A stretch of 64,000 nt of DNA, taken from positions 160,001-224,000 of the forward strand of contig CAWGIE010000035.1 in NCBI GenBank assembly GCA_963822585.1, in the 5' to 3' direction. Below the pieces are notes generated by a model. That model was not told where the DNA came from. It searched no databases and saw nothing but the letters and a program-made list of their open reading frames with translations. Of the stretch, positions 31,199-42,811 are shown in pieces. Position 1 is the stretch's first letter; the number at the start of each line of letters is the position of its first letter. The position numbers and the translations under genes are program-made. The DNA comes from an uncultured bacterium (lineage in GTDB: Bacteria > Auribacterota > Erginobacteria > Erginobacterales > Erginobacteraceae).

Positions 31199-34108
31199 TC
31201 AATTCACCATTATCTCAGTGAAACTGGATTCAGTTTTATAAATCAAATCGAAGAGGCTGGCAGCCCAATCCTTGTGCAGTTGCTTTAAATAATTATATTC
31301 ATCTAGAGCCGAAACTTTATCTCCAATTTTGATATAATCTAAACCCAGATTATAATGGGACTGGGCATAATTCGGATGGACGCGGATAGACTGCTTATAA
31401 GCTTCAATCGCGCTTTCAGTCCGATCGATAGCATCATAAGCTAAACCTAAATCACAGTAGAGATTAGCGGAGTTAGGATTAAACTTGATTGCATTTAAAT
31501 AAGCCTCAATTGCCTCCTCATAACGCTTGAGAAAATGATAAGACATACCAAGGCCATGATATAAACTAGAATTTTTTGGCGATAGCTCGATCGACTTTTT
31601 AAATACCTCGTTGGCTTCCTGGTAACGTTCGAGAGCAATCAGTTCAAGACCAAGACTAAGACGAGCTTGATGATAATCGGGATTTCGATCAATAAGTTGT
31701 TGGAAGGTCGCCGCCGCTTTCTCATGTTCTCCAAGTTTCTGGTAAACTTTACCGATACAATGGATAGCCTGATAATAATCTGAGTTGAGGCGGACTGCCT
31801 CCTCAAAAGCAGGGAGTGCTTTTTTATCTTGCTGTAACTCCAAATATGCAAGACCGAGATTATACCATGTTGCAGAACTTCCGGCCGAGTCGCAAAGATT
31901 CCTGATATGCCGTTGTGGCTTTATTATATCTTTCCTGATAATAATAAACTGAACCGAGGCAGCTGTAGTATCGGCCCTATCCGGATTAATCTGAATCTCT
32001 TTACTATAGGTTTCTGCAGCTTTGTTGAATTCTCCATTCCGGAAGTACGCTCCCCCGATTCCTGGTAAAGATTTGGATAATCGGGTTCAAGCCGAATTAC
32101 TTCGTTATATGCTTCAATAGCCTCCTGGGGACGTTTGAGAGAAATATATAGTTTCCTTGATTAAAATAACCGGGAGCAAAGTTTGGATCGATTGTGATTG
32201 CTCCCTCTAAAAGCTCGACCGCTTTCTCATATTCATTGAGTGTGCTAAACGTCATGTCGAGCTGAACGTGTGCCTGTGAGATTAGTGGTCTCAAGTTCAA
32301 GTACATGCAGATAATTCTCAACCGCTTCCCGACGCCGGCCGAGACCAACGAAAGCGGTCCCGATATTTTGATAAAGATAAACCCGTTCTTTATCTGAAGC
32401 AAACGAAAGGGCTTTCTGATTGCACTTCAATGCTTCCTCATAACTACCCAGCTGGATATAGGCTAAACCCAAGCCACAGATGGCATTGACATTCTCCGGA
32501 TTACTTTCTACGGCTTTCAGGTAGGCATCCCTCGCCTCTTTAAACCGTTTTTGCGAGGAAAAAACTGCTCCCAATCCCGCAAAGGCATTATCATAATCAG
32601 GCTGGATTTTAAACGCTTGCTTAAAACTTGCTATTGCTTTTTCATATTGTTTGAGCTCGTGGTATACTAATCCTGAGTGCTGATAGGCACTTAGCCGTTT
32701 GCACATTGAACAAGAGAGCTTGTTTGATGGGGACCAAGCGCCTCATCAATCCGTCCCAAATTGTAGTAGGTAACCCCCAACCAATAATAGGCTTCTTCAT
32801 AGTCCGGGTTTAAAAACAATGCTTGTTTATAAGCTTCAATCGTCTTGTATTGATCCCCCGTTTTTGAATATGCCATTCCCAAATGGTAATGATATACGGG
32901 ATTATGAGGTTGAAGTTTTACTGCCTCCTGATATTCTCCGAGGGCTTCTTGGTAGCGTTCGAGATAATGATAAGCGCTTCCCGATAGCATTATGGATCTC
33001 TGCATTACTTGGGCTAATATAAATAGTGTTCTGGCAAACCTCAAGCGCCTCTTGATATCGCTTGAGTTCATTGAAAGTTAAACCCAAACCGTAATACGCT
33101 TCCGCCCGTTCCGGATCGAGCAGGAGAGCTTTGTTAAACCCTCCTAGCTCCTCGGAATAACGACCTAGTTTTCCCAGTATGTTGCCGAGAGAAATATGCG
33201 TCTCCGGTTTGTCCGGATTAATACTAACTGCTTTTTTTAGAGCTTCTGAAGCTTTCTCATACTTTCCAAGTGCTTCATTGCAAATTGCGATCAAGGTAAA
33301 GATCTCATCCGAAACTATTCCCTCCTCAACCAGTTGATTAAAATGGGATAAAGCATCCGGAGCATTGCTGCTCCATAGAAGCGTCAGCGCGGCAAATTGA
33401 AGGGCTTCAGGCGACTGGTAGTCTTTTTGGCTCTCTCCAGCACCCCACTCAGCACAGGGGAATCGCCTCGCCTGGTTGTAAGTTGTTCAGCCTCGCCGCC
33501 GGGACCGCGAAGTTGAGATTCTGACCAAAAACGCTCTGAGATAACACAATTCCGATAACTTTTCCCGATAAGTTGACGAGTGGACTCCCACTCGCAACCT
33601 TCGACGAGGTCGCCGCAGTTATTTGGATGCATTTTCCCATCTCGGGGATTTCACGAACCCCTGAGACAATCCCGTCCGAAACAGAGCCCTCGTAGCCGAG
33701 AGGACTCCCTATTACTACTACCCTCTCACCAACACGGGGAAGAACAGTATCGAGAGAGAGACTAATAAACTTCTCTTGGGGAATATTGACCGATACTCGA
33801 ACCAGATCTCCTTTTTCATCATCAGCCACTATTGCAATGATCGGAAAGGTTTGTTCATCATGAGTTCTCATCTCAGCCTTTCTCGCCCCTAATAGAACAT
33901 GTCTGCCAGTTATTACATCGCCGTTTTGCCCGACAAAGAAACCACTACCTTGGCCAACCTGATTGCCAGCTTGATCGTAGACATTGATTGCCACCACTCC
34001 AGAGTTCAGTTCACTGACAATCTCCGGAATATTCTGCTGGGGGAGTACGGGAAAGACAAGAATGCCTGAAAGGGCTTGAACTATTAGAATAATTGAATAA
34101 GGTTTCAT
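31199..34108 (-). CDS. Trypsin-like serine protease domain + long TPR array (multiple frameshifts)
   Basis: GSGFFV..ITGRHVL..GDL..ASGSPLVNLSGKVIGI; six downstream ORF pieces are all TPR repeats. Confidence 0.8.
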
Positions 34109-34248
34109 GGAGTAAGACTATCAATTTTTTCTTCTATAGCCCATGAAGAACTGGATTGATTGTTTCATATCTCCTCCTAGGGCAAAATCCGAGTTTAAGA
34201 GCCGGGCCAATTCAATAGGTCTCCATTATATATATAAAAATCTAAAAA

Positions 34249-34430
34249 TTAGGGTCAGACCCGGACTATTGACAGATTAGGATTATTTAACGGCGAAAAC
34301 CTATCGGAACTGGTCCCGTAATATTTCGAAAAACTCGCCTTACAATATTGCCGCATTCTCGGCCTCAAGCGGATGAGTATGATACAGTAAATTATTCAAT
34401 TTTCTGTTAGTTGTCGAGGTTTTCCCCCTA
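34249..34430. repeat. Family A copy (rightmost)
   Basis: Full-length match; no copies seen to the right of this. Confidence 0.9.
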
Positions 34431-34814
34431 TTTGCGTATTCCCTTTTCTCTTCAGAAAACAAAAAACCCGCCAAGAAAATGGGCGGGGGATTGAATCCAG
34501 ACAAATTATTTTTGTGCACCGATATTTCATTTTTTTGAGGTGCGTCTTGCTGTTGGGTTTATCAACAAAAGATATTATCTGCCGTCTCAAAATTATGCAA
34601 TATAAATCTAAATTCCATTCCGTTATATGTAAAGTAATTATCTGGTATAAGAAGAAGATTCCAGGCGATTTGATCGAAGAGAGGGAGGGGTATGGGGGGT
34701 ATCAATGTTCTCTTTAAACCCAGGGCGTTGCCCTGGGCTATTATGTTTCCCTCTTCGAGCTTCTCGACTCGCAGGGCTGGCTACCCCTTTGGGGTGATGA
34801 TTGAACAGGTAAAC

Positions 34815-34852
34815 AAAATCCCCGGGGGATAACTATCCTCCGGGGATTTTTT
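34815..34852. terminator. Terminator hairpin
   Basis: AAAATCCCCGGGGGATAACTATCCTCCGGGGATTTTTT. Confidence 0.7.
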
Positions 34853-34933
34853 GTGTCTTTCCCCGCCCCGTGGCAAAGCCGTACGGGGATGTCTTACCCC
34901 GCCCCGTAGCGAAGCTGTGCGGGGGTGGTTATT

Positions 34934-34997
34934 TTAATCAACTTCTTTCAAGCCCTTCTTGATCGCCAGGGCGATCTTTTCGGCGGTGATGGGGAGG
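34934..34997 (-). repeat. Duplicated 3' end of the XDH Mo-subunit gene (att-like direct repeat)
   Basis: Matches 37058-37121; encodes LPITAEKIALAIKKGLKEVD* versus ..KEID*. Confidence 0.9.
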
Positions 34998-35059
34998 ACT
35001 GCTGGCCCCAAATAGATTTTGCCTATTTTTCTTATTGATGTCAAAAAGTCTTATAAAAA

Positions 35060-36407
35060 TTAGCAATTTGTCACCACCTCTAGAGTTATGGTAGTTAGAC
35101 AAATTGGATCCAGATTTGGGCGTTGATTTGCTTGGATTGCCTTAATCTGTTTATCAGGAACTCCAGTTTTTTGGGCGAAATCGGGCCACCGGCGCACGGC
35201 TTCAATTACGCGTTGAATCATTTCATTTGCCCGTCCTTGTTTAATATTAGCTATACTGGCAAGGGCAAGCAAGTCCTCACGCTCAAACCCATCACGTTTG
35301 CCATTTATGCTCATCTGATGCCGACTCGTCCAATCACCACTGGGGTTCCATGAATATGTGATATCGAATGCAGGTGAAAGGCACCATTCACCACGTCGAT
35401 TCATGAGAAAAGCTATGTTTTTAACATGATCGTCACAGTTACGCCCAACTATATTAAAAATGGCACGCAGAACTTGTTGATCCATATCTTGTCGAGGAAG
35501 ATGAAGACGCCGAATGACTTGTATCGCTTGTTCATGCGAATAGCTTGCGGGTTGTCTGTAGTCATAGTGTACAATAGCTCCCAGGGACTGCATATGAAGT
35601 TTTTTGCCGTTTTGGGTTCTATCAAATCTCCTTGTCATGAAATGACTGTGGCCACCGTCATGGTGCAGGCGGCACTTCGTCATCTCAATGCCGGCCTCGA
35701 TGGCCATTAAATGATAAGCATATTCAACTTTACCGTAGCCCCTTTGGGGTAGCGATTTCTGTATCGTGACTACTAATGATTCCATCGAATTTCATAAGCC
35801 AGTGCTCGAAGCCTTCTTCAGCATCTACTTGACCTGAACGGAATTCGTTAGTTGCCGGATTCCAAGCGAGAATCGCTTTAGCTGGCTCCTCCAGCTGAGG
35901 TACCGACCCTGAGAATATCGTTGATTGCTTCGCGGTCGTCACTGCCAGAAAAAACACCGCCAAATCCGCCGCGCTCATCGAGAATCCGGTTTGCTAATTT
36001 AACAAGACTCCGGACCTCAACTGCTCGTTTGCTAGTTGGTGGTCCGAGCGTAGCAGGCTGGAATTCGAGAGCCCCCATCCCCCGGCTACCCACATAGCAG
36101 AGGCGCTCTACCGGATGGAAACTCGCTGCGGTTCGTCCTTGTGAAGCGAGCCACACGTCAATGATCGCATTGCCGAATTTGTCCGGAAGTGAGTCCGCAA
36201 GCAATCCCGGCAATCCTTTGAATGTGTTTCGCGCAAGTGCTGGGAATTCATAAGGAAATTCGTTTAGAGGCATCATAAGAGGTGCTAACTGAATACCACT
36301 ATGCAAGAAGTCAGGTGCATATTGAAAAACTCCAATCTCTCTATCTTCAAGCCAAGTGACGGCACCAATCACACTACCCAGAGAATGACGCGTGCATCAT
36401 TAGTCAT
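35060..36407 (-). CDS. hipA: HipA-family toxin kinase (frameshifted)
   Basis: DSLPDKFGN, RGMGALEF, GTSAGGA, WLMKFDG, RRFDR, NCDDHVKN, LSPAFD. Confidence 0.9.
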
Positions 36408-36767
36408 TATTTGTCCTCGCCATCACCCCATGACCATGTGGGATGTTCATCACTAGATTGAATAGGACGCGCGCGTTTACGCTCTCACCACTGATACCGA
36501 CTCTTTCGATTGGTCGTACGGTTGGATCTGGCAGTAGGGCTTCAGGTTTTGTTGTATCCCAAGCGCCATCATGATCCGAATAAATGTATCCACAGAAACA
36601 CCTTGGCCTTTTTCAAGCCGACCAATAGTTCTTAACGAAACGCCGGCTTTCTCCGCTAGTTGTGCTTGGGTTATATTGCGAGCAAGTCTTATGCTTTCCA
36701 AGCGCTTACAGAGAGCTGCCTCGATCTGATCACTCGTTGCCACTGAGAATTCGATATTATAAGTTAT
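36407..36767 (-). CDS. XRE-family HTH antitoxin (HipB-like; frameshifted, start uncertain)
   Basis: IRLARNITQAQLAEKAGVSLRTIGRLEKG; TAATG coupling with hipA. Confidence 0.85.
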
Positions 36768-36982
36768 TTATTGTTGCTTCCCCTTAATTATCCAATTTAG
36801 TCGGCAATATAATGCTGATTATATACTAAGTCATAGATGCTAATATAAACAGCAATATGTTACTTATTATTATAATAATCTTCTATTTGCAAGCAAAATC
36901 TTGCCGATTATATTTATATCGTTATAACCGGGAATTAGGAAAATTTGATTCAGGTCGAATCCAGGGGTTTTAAATAGTCGAT

Positions 36983-37022
36983 AAAAAAATCCCCGGGGGA
37001 AATATCCCCCGGGGATTTTTTT
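36983..37022 (-). terminator. Terminator of the xdh operon
   Basis: AAAAAAATCCCCGGGGGAAATATCCCCCGGGGATTTTTTT. Confidence 0.8.
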
Positions 37023-37057
37023 GTGACTTGGGGGGGGGGGGGTGTCTTGGTGGTTGA

Positions 37058-39410
37058 TTAATCAATTTCCTTCAACCCCTTCTTGATCGCCAGGGCGATC
37101 TTTTCGGCGGTGATGGGGAGGCGCTTGATCCGGATTCCGAGGGCGTTCTCGACGGCGTTGGCCACCATGGGGGCGACCGGGATCATGGTGTGCTCGCCCA
37201 CTCCCCGGGCGCCGAACGGGCCGTCGTGCTGGGGGGTCTCGACGATGATGGGGATGATCTTGTCGGGGATGTCGAGAGCGGTCGGGATCTTGTAATCGGT
37301 GAAGTTGGGGTTGAGGATGGCGCCGTTATCGCCGAAGCGCATGTCCTCATAAAGCGCCGTGGCCAACCCCTGCATGAACCCGCCCACGATCTGGCCGTCG
37401 ACCAGGTCCGGGTTGAGGGCCTTGCCGATGTCGAACCCCTCGGCGACCTTGAGGACTTTCACCTTCCCGGTCTCCTTGTCGATCTCGAGGACGATGCCCC
37501 CGGCACCGACCGTGTAGTGCGGGTTGGGGTGGCCGCCCTGGCTGGTCTCGGGGTCGCAGTTGGTGGTCATGAACTCGGGCATGAACATTCCCTTGCCCGG
37601 TGATCGGGCCGCCCTGGAAGGTCCCGTCCTCGAGCATGATCCCCTCGATCACGAAGGGCTTGAAGGGGAGCGCGAAATCGGGGTCGGTGCGGCATTTGAC
37701 GTGCTCGTTTTCCAGGTAGAGCGATTCCGGGTTGTACTTGAAGGCGCGCCCGACGGTCGCGAAGATCTTGTCGCGGGCATCGATGGCGGCCCGCCTGACC
37801 GCGTTGCCGCAGGACCAGGTGACGTGGCTGGCCACCGTCTGCCACTCGTAGGGGTTGCGGTCGGTGTCCGGGCACTCGGTCCGGATCTTCTCCATGGGGA
37901 CGGTGAGAATCTCGGAGGCGACCTGGGCCATCACGGTCAGCAGCCCCTGGCCCATGTCGATCCCGGAGACGAGGACATTGATGGAGCCGTCCTCGTTGAA
38001 CTTGATGAAGGCGGAGGAGGAGGCGTTGGGGGGCATGGCCGGGCCCTTCCAGGCCCCGGCGATCCCTTTCCCGATCACCTTGTTGGGGTCTTTCGACTTC
38101 TCCGGTTTGTCGAAATCGATCGCTTTTGCCACCTTCTTGAAGCACTGGGTGAGATCATTCTCGGTCATCCCCGCCCCATAGGAGAGGGGCATGCCGCGCT
38201 TCAAGACGTTCTTGAGCCGGAACTCGAGCGGGCTCATCTTCAGCATGGCGGCCAGGCGGTCCATGTGGGACTCCACGCTGAAAAGCATCTCGGAGTAGCC
38301 GAAACCCCGGTAAGGCCCGGCGGCGGGGAGGTTGGTGTAGATGCAGTAGGAGTCGATCTTGAGACTGGGGAAGAAATACGGCCCGGTGGCGGAAAGGGCG
38401 GAGGAGTTGACCACGTTGGCGCCGTATTCGACGTAGGGCCCGGCGTCCCAGAAGTTCTCCATCTCGAAGGCGGTCAGCTTGCCGTCCTTGGTGGCGCCGA
38501 TCTTCAGTCTGGTCTCCACCGCCTGGCGCATGTAGGTGTTGTAAAACTCCTGGTCACGCCGCCAGGCGACCCTCACCGGCATCCCCCTGGTCTTGGTCGC
38601 GAAGGCGGCCGCCAGGATCTCCATGGTGACGCCGGCCTTTCCGCCGAAACCGCCCCCGATAAAGGGGGTGATGACCCGGACGTCTTTATCGGTAAAGCCA
38701 AGCGGGGCCAGGGCCCCGGCGAAGAGGTGGCGCTGGGTATAGGGGGACTGGGAAGAAGACCAGACCGTGAGCCGTCCCGAGTTGTCGCAAAGTCCGACCG
38801 CGATATGGGGCTCCATGCAGCAGTGGGCGTAGCGGGGGATATGGTAAACGTCTTCCAGGACCACGTCCGATTTCCGGAAGGCTTTGGCCAGATCGCCCCG
38901 GCGGATCTTCCGGTGATGGGCGATGTTGGTGCCGCCCTTGGGGAAGAACCAGGGGACGTGCTCGTATGAACCCAGGTCGGGGTGGATCAGGGTTTTCGTG
39001 TTCTTGATCGCCTTGACCTGGTCGAAGATCGGGGTGGTGCGCTTGTAATCCACCTTGACCAGCTTGGCGGCGCTCTTGGCGATCTTGGGGTCCCGGGCGA
39101 TCACCGCCGCGACCTGTTCGCCGACGAAGCGGACCCGGTCCTGGGCCAGGATATAGCGGTCCTGCATGTAGAGGCCGAACTTGTAGGGGAAGTCCTTCCC
39201 GGTGACGACCGCCACCACGCCGGGGACTTTCTCCGCCTTCGAGGTGTCGATCTTCCTGATCAGGGCGGAAGGGTAGGGGCTCTCGATGATCTCCGCGTGG
39301 AGGAGGTTCGGCCCGAACTCCAGATCATCAACGTACTGGGCGGCGCCGGTGACCTTCTCCCTTCCGTCAATACGAGGGTATGAATGACCAACTACTTTTG
39401 TTTGTTCCAT
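37058..39410 (-). CDS. Xanthine dehydrogenase-family molybdopterin-binding subunit (frameshift near 37590)
   Basis: DGREKVTG..YVDD; GGGFGGK; YRGFG; DMGQG; GQIVGG..NFTDYKIPT; GPFGARGVGE. Confidence 0.95.
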
Positions 39411-39463
39411 AATCTCCTCCAAGTCTGGATCTTAATGTATGAGCGATATAAATATGAAGTTTT

Positions 39464-39655
39464 GAAATCCGAAACTCGAAACCAGAAATTCGAAACTCGA
39501 AACCAGAAATTCGAAACCCGAAACGCCGAAAGAATGGCCAATGACTTAATGTCAAAATGTTCTTCTTAAAGTTGGTAGGTGTTATGCCGTGTCAATATTC
39601 GTCATTCTGATTTAGATATTCATTCGTCATTCGTCATTCGTCATTCGAGCTTCGT
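39464..39655. repeat. Heptamer-repeat inverted element (GAAACTC / TCGTCAT)
   Basis: Related blocks at ~57280-57435 and ~58961-59120. Confidence 0.75.
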
Positions 39656-39710
39656 CAGTCGTTAAAAATCTTCCCCTTCATGTTCTTCATGTACTTCATG
39701 GTGAAATTAA

Positions 39711-40175
39711 CTATTTTTTCGCCACTTCCATGATGGCGTCGATGATGGCGGTGTAGCCGGTGCAGCGGCAGAGGTTGCCGGCGATCGCCTCCTGGACTTC
39801 CTCCCGGGTCGGCTTGGGATTCTTCTTCAAAAAGGCGGTGGCGGTCAGGATCATCCCGGGCGCGCAGTAGCCGCACTGGAACGAGTTGTGCTTCGATAAA
39901 GGAATCCTGGAGCGGGCGTGGTCGTCCGCCCTTCATGATCCCCTCGACGGTGGTTATCTTCTGGCCGTCGGCCTCGATGGCCAGGATGATGCAGCTTCTG
40001 ACCGGCTCGCCGTTCAGCAGCACCGTGCAGGTCCCGCAGTCCCCCTTCCCGCAGCCGTATTTCGGGCTCTTGACGCCCAGCTTCTCCCGGATGACGTCGA
40101 GAAGGATATCGTTCGGTTCCACGTCGACGGACCGGCACTTCCATTGAGAGTGAGTGTAATGGTTTTTTTCATCAT
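39711..40175 (-). CDS. XDH-family [2Fe-2S] subunit (frameshifted)
   Basis: GCGKGDCGTCTVL; second frame encodes QCGYCAPG and NLCRCTGY. Confidence 0.9.
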
Positions 40176-40593
40176 TCCTCCTGAATAAACAGATGATTAA
40201 TATACTATATTATAGCTCCCCCCCTCGGCCCCTTTATTAAACAGACGATTGAATGTGATTGGATAAGCTTTGCTTCCCTCTACCTCGCCCCCTTATTTGC
40301 CACCAAGACACCAAGGCACCAAGAAACACCAAGAAAATTAAAGTTCCCTCCGCCTCGGCCCCTTTATTAAACAGACGATTGAATGTGATTGAATAAGATT
40401 CGTGGCCCCCCCTCGGCCCCTTTTGAATCCACAGATTTCACAGATTACACTGATTGTTCCCCCGCCGGGCCCCCTTTTATAACCATGAAGGACATGAAGA
40501 ACATGAAGGAGTTTATAAAAACAATGAATGATTCTTTTCAGCTATTTATTTCTTCGTGTTCTTCGTGTCCTTCGTGGTTAATTCAGTCTCGTT

Positions 40594-41481
40594 TTAAATT
40601 ATGCTGGTTCCGTATTTCGGCCCGTCGCCCTTCAGGCGGGCGGCGGCTGCTTGCAGCGCTCTCTCCAGCATTACCTTGACCATGATCAGGCGATACTCCT
40701 TGCTGGAACGGATATCGGCGATCGGGGCGATCTCCCCCTCGACCATATTCTTGGCCCGGGTGATTAAAGCGGGGGTGAGTTTCTTCCCCCGCAGCAGCTT
40801 CTCGATCTTTTCGGAGCGGATCGGGGTCGGACCGACGGAGCCGAAAACGATCCGGTAGTCGTTGCGGGGGAGGGCCAGCACCCCCACGTTCGACTGGGCC
40901 AGGTCCTCGCCCCGGTATCTCTTCTGCTTCAGGTAACAGGCCCCGTGTTTCTTGGGGAGAGGAAGCTTGAGACCGACCAGCAGTTCGGCGTCGCCAAGGC
41001 AGGTCTTGCGCGGGCCGAGAAAGAAATCTTCGGCCGGGCAAATCCTCTCGCCTTCCGGGGAGCGGATGATCGCCGCCGCGTCGTACGCCACCAGGGCGGG
41101 CGCGCTGTCCATGCAGGGGACGCAGGAGCAGATATTCCCGACTATCGTGGCCCGATTCCGGACACCCCCGGAGGCCACTTCACCGGCCGCTTCCCAGAGG
41201 AGGGGGTAGTGTTTCTTGACAACCTTGGAATTGATCAGGTCGCTGAAGGTAACCAGGGCCCCCAGAAACAAGCCGTCCTTTTCCAGCTCCAGCCGTTTTA
41301 AGGCCTTGATCCCTTTCAGGTCGATGACCGCCTCCGGCCGGACCGCTTCTTCGCTGAGGTTGTTGATCAGGTCGGTACCGCCGGCTAAAAAACGGGCCCT
41401 GGCGCCGAATTTATTCTTCAGCTCCACGGCCTTGCCGAGGGAAGTGGGTTTGTAATATTCAAACTCGAGTGCTATTGCCAT
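40594..41481 (-). CDS. XDH-family FAD-binding subunit
   Basis: FLAGGTDL; RNRATIVGN; PIADIRSSKEYR. Confidence 0.95.
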   Translation of the reverse strand: MAIALEFEYYKPTSLGKAVELKNKFGARARFLAGGTDLINNLSEEAVRPEAVIDLKGIKALKRLELEKDGLFLGALVTFSDLINSKVVKKHYPLLWEAAGEVASGGVRNRATIVGNICSCVPCMDSAPALVAYDAAAIIRSPEGERICPAEDFFLGPRKTCLGDAELLVGLKLPLPKKHGACYLKQKRYRGEDLAQSNVGVLALPRNDYRIVFGSVGPTPIRSEKIEKLLRGKKLTPALITRAKNMVEGEIAPIADIRSSKEYRLIMVKVMLERALQAAAARLKGDGPKYGTSII

Positions 41482-41597
41482 TTTCGCCTCCTAAAATTTC
41501 TACGGAGTAAATATTTTAACGGGATATATATATAATGGTTCGGACATTGATTGAATTTTTACCACAAAGTCTGGATGCCCGCAATAAGACTTTGCCT

Positions 41598-42285
41598 TTT
41601 CCGGGGTTTCACCCCGGGAACCCAGGGTTTTACCCTGGGCTGAAATGTTGAACCCCGTTGGGGTTCATTTTCGGGGGCGGGGTATTCTATTTGTCCCAGG
41701 GTTTCACCCTGGGTTGAAACGTTGAACCCCGTTGGGGTTCTTTTTATCCCAGGGTTTCGCCCCGGGAACCCAGGGATTCTCCCTGGGCTTAAATGTTGAA
41801 CCCCGTTGGGGTTCTTTTCATCTCGGGGATTCTCTCTTGGAACCCAGGGATTCTCCCTGGGCTTAAACGTTGAACCCCGTTGGGGTTCTTTTTCCCGGAC
41901 CCCAACGGGGTCCTACATTTTAGCCCCGGGTTCCACCCGGGGATATATATACCGTCACCCCCAAACCCCCGCACCCTGAAGGGGTGCAACATCCAAACTT
42001 TCGATTTTGATGTTGAACCCCGTTGGGGTTCATTTTCGGGGGCGGGGTATTCTATTTGTCCCAGGGTTTCACCATGGGTTGAAACGTTGAACCCCGTTGG
42101 GGTTCTTTTCATCTCGGGGATTCTCTCTTGGAACCCAGGGATTCTCCCTGGGCTTAAACGTTGAACCCCGTTGGGGTTCTTTTTCCCGGACCCCAACGGG
42201 GTCCTACATTTTAGCCCCGGGTTCCACCCGGGGATATATATACCGTCACCCCCAAACCCCCGCACCCTGAAGGGGTGCAACATCC
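41598..42285. repeat. REP/BIME-like array (AACCCCGTTGGGGTT, CCCCGGGTTCCACCCGGGG)
   Basis: Many palindromic units, including a ~200-bp internal duplication. Confidence 0.9.
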
Positions 42286-42313
42286 ACGCCGCCCAGTCAT
42301 CGGCGATGCAACA

Positions 42314-42789
42314 TCATTCCCAAACATATCGTTCGTCAAATGAAATATTGTGGTGTTTCAAAAAGGCCCGGTACTCATCCTGAAAAGATCACGCGTTTAT
42401 GATGCTCCATCTGGTTATCGATATATTCCACCAAATCCTTCACGTCCGAGACTCGCTCACCGAAAATATTCCGTATCCATTTTGCCAATGAAACTGGGCG
42501 AAATCAGGGTTCATACGTGCCCATGTCCTGTTTTTTTATCCAGGAACTGCTTTCCCGTTTCACCGTCGCCACCACGTCGGAGATAGTCTTGGTTCGAGAT
42601 TGTGAATAAAGGATATGTACATGATCGGTCACCACCCCGATCCGCATCAGCGAGCAATCCTGGTTTTTCAGGATACCGGTGAAGTAGGCTGCAACCCCAT
42701 CTCTCATTTTGGGCTAATCGAAAAACCCGGCGGCGATTTTTAGTGCTGAAGATCAGATGCATGGATATACGGGCTAATGATTGGGGCAT
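42314..42789 (-). CDS. tnpA: IS200/RAYT-type HUH Y1 transposase (frameshifted)
   Basis: MPQSLARISMHLIFSTKNR; DHVHIL (HUH motif); KRESSSWIK; YIDNQMEHH; DERYVWE. Confidence 0.9.
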
Positions 42790-42811
42790 TATCTGACTCC
42801 TTCATTCAATG

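Larger units (their letters stand above)
34998..37121. mobile_element. ~2.1-kb integrated islet carrying hipBA
   Basis: Bounded by the 64-bp direct repeat of the xdh 3' end; lower GC; no integrase inside. Confidence 0.7.

Noticed and set aside
4327..34430. Family A as classical attC sites or as an IS
   Set aside because: No RYYYAAC/GTTRRRY boxes, no internal ORF, no target duplication seen and no intI in the window
37524..38969. Long antisense or alternative-frame ORFs (also 44104-45261, 45472-46878, 47772-49418, 62331-63611, 8065-8766)
   Set aside because: Shadows of GC-rich genes with clear family motifs on the other strand or frame
41789..42283. ORFs within repeat arrays (also 42832-43370, 49330-49572, 56710-57099, 58447-58893)
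   Set aside because: Translations of repeat DNA
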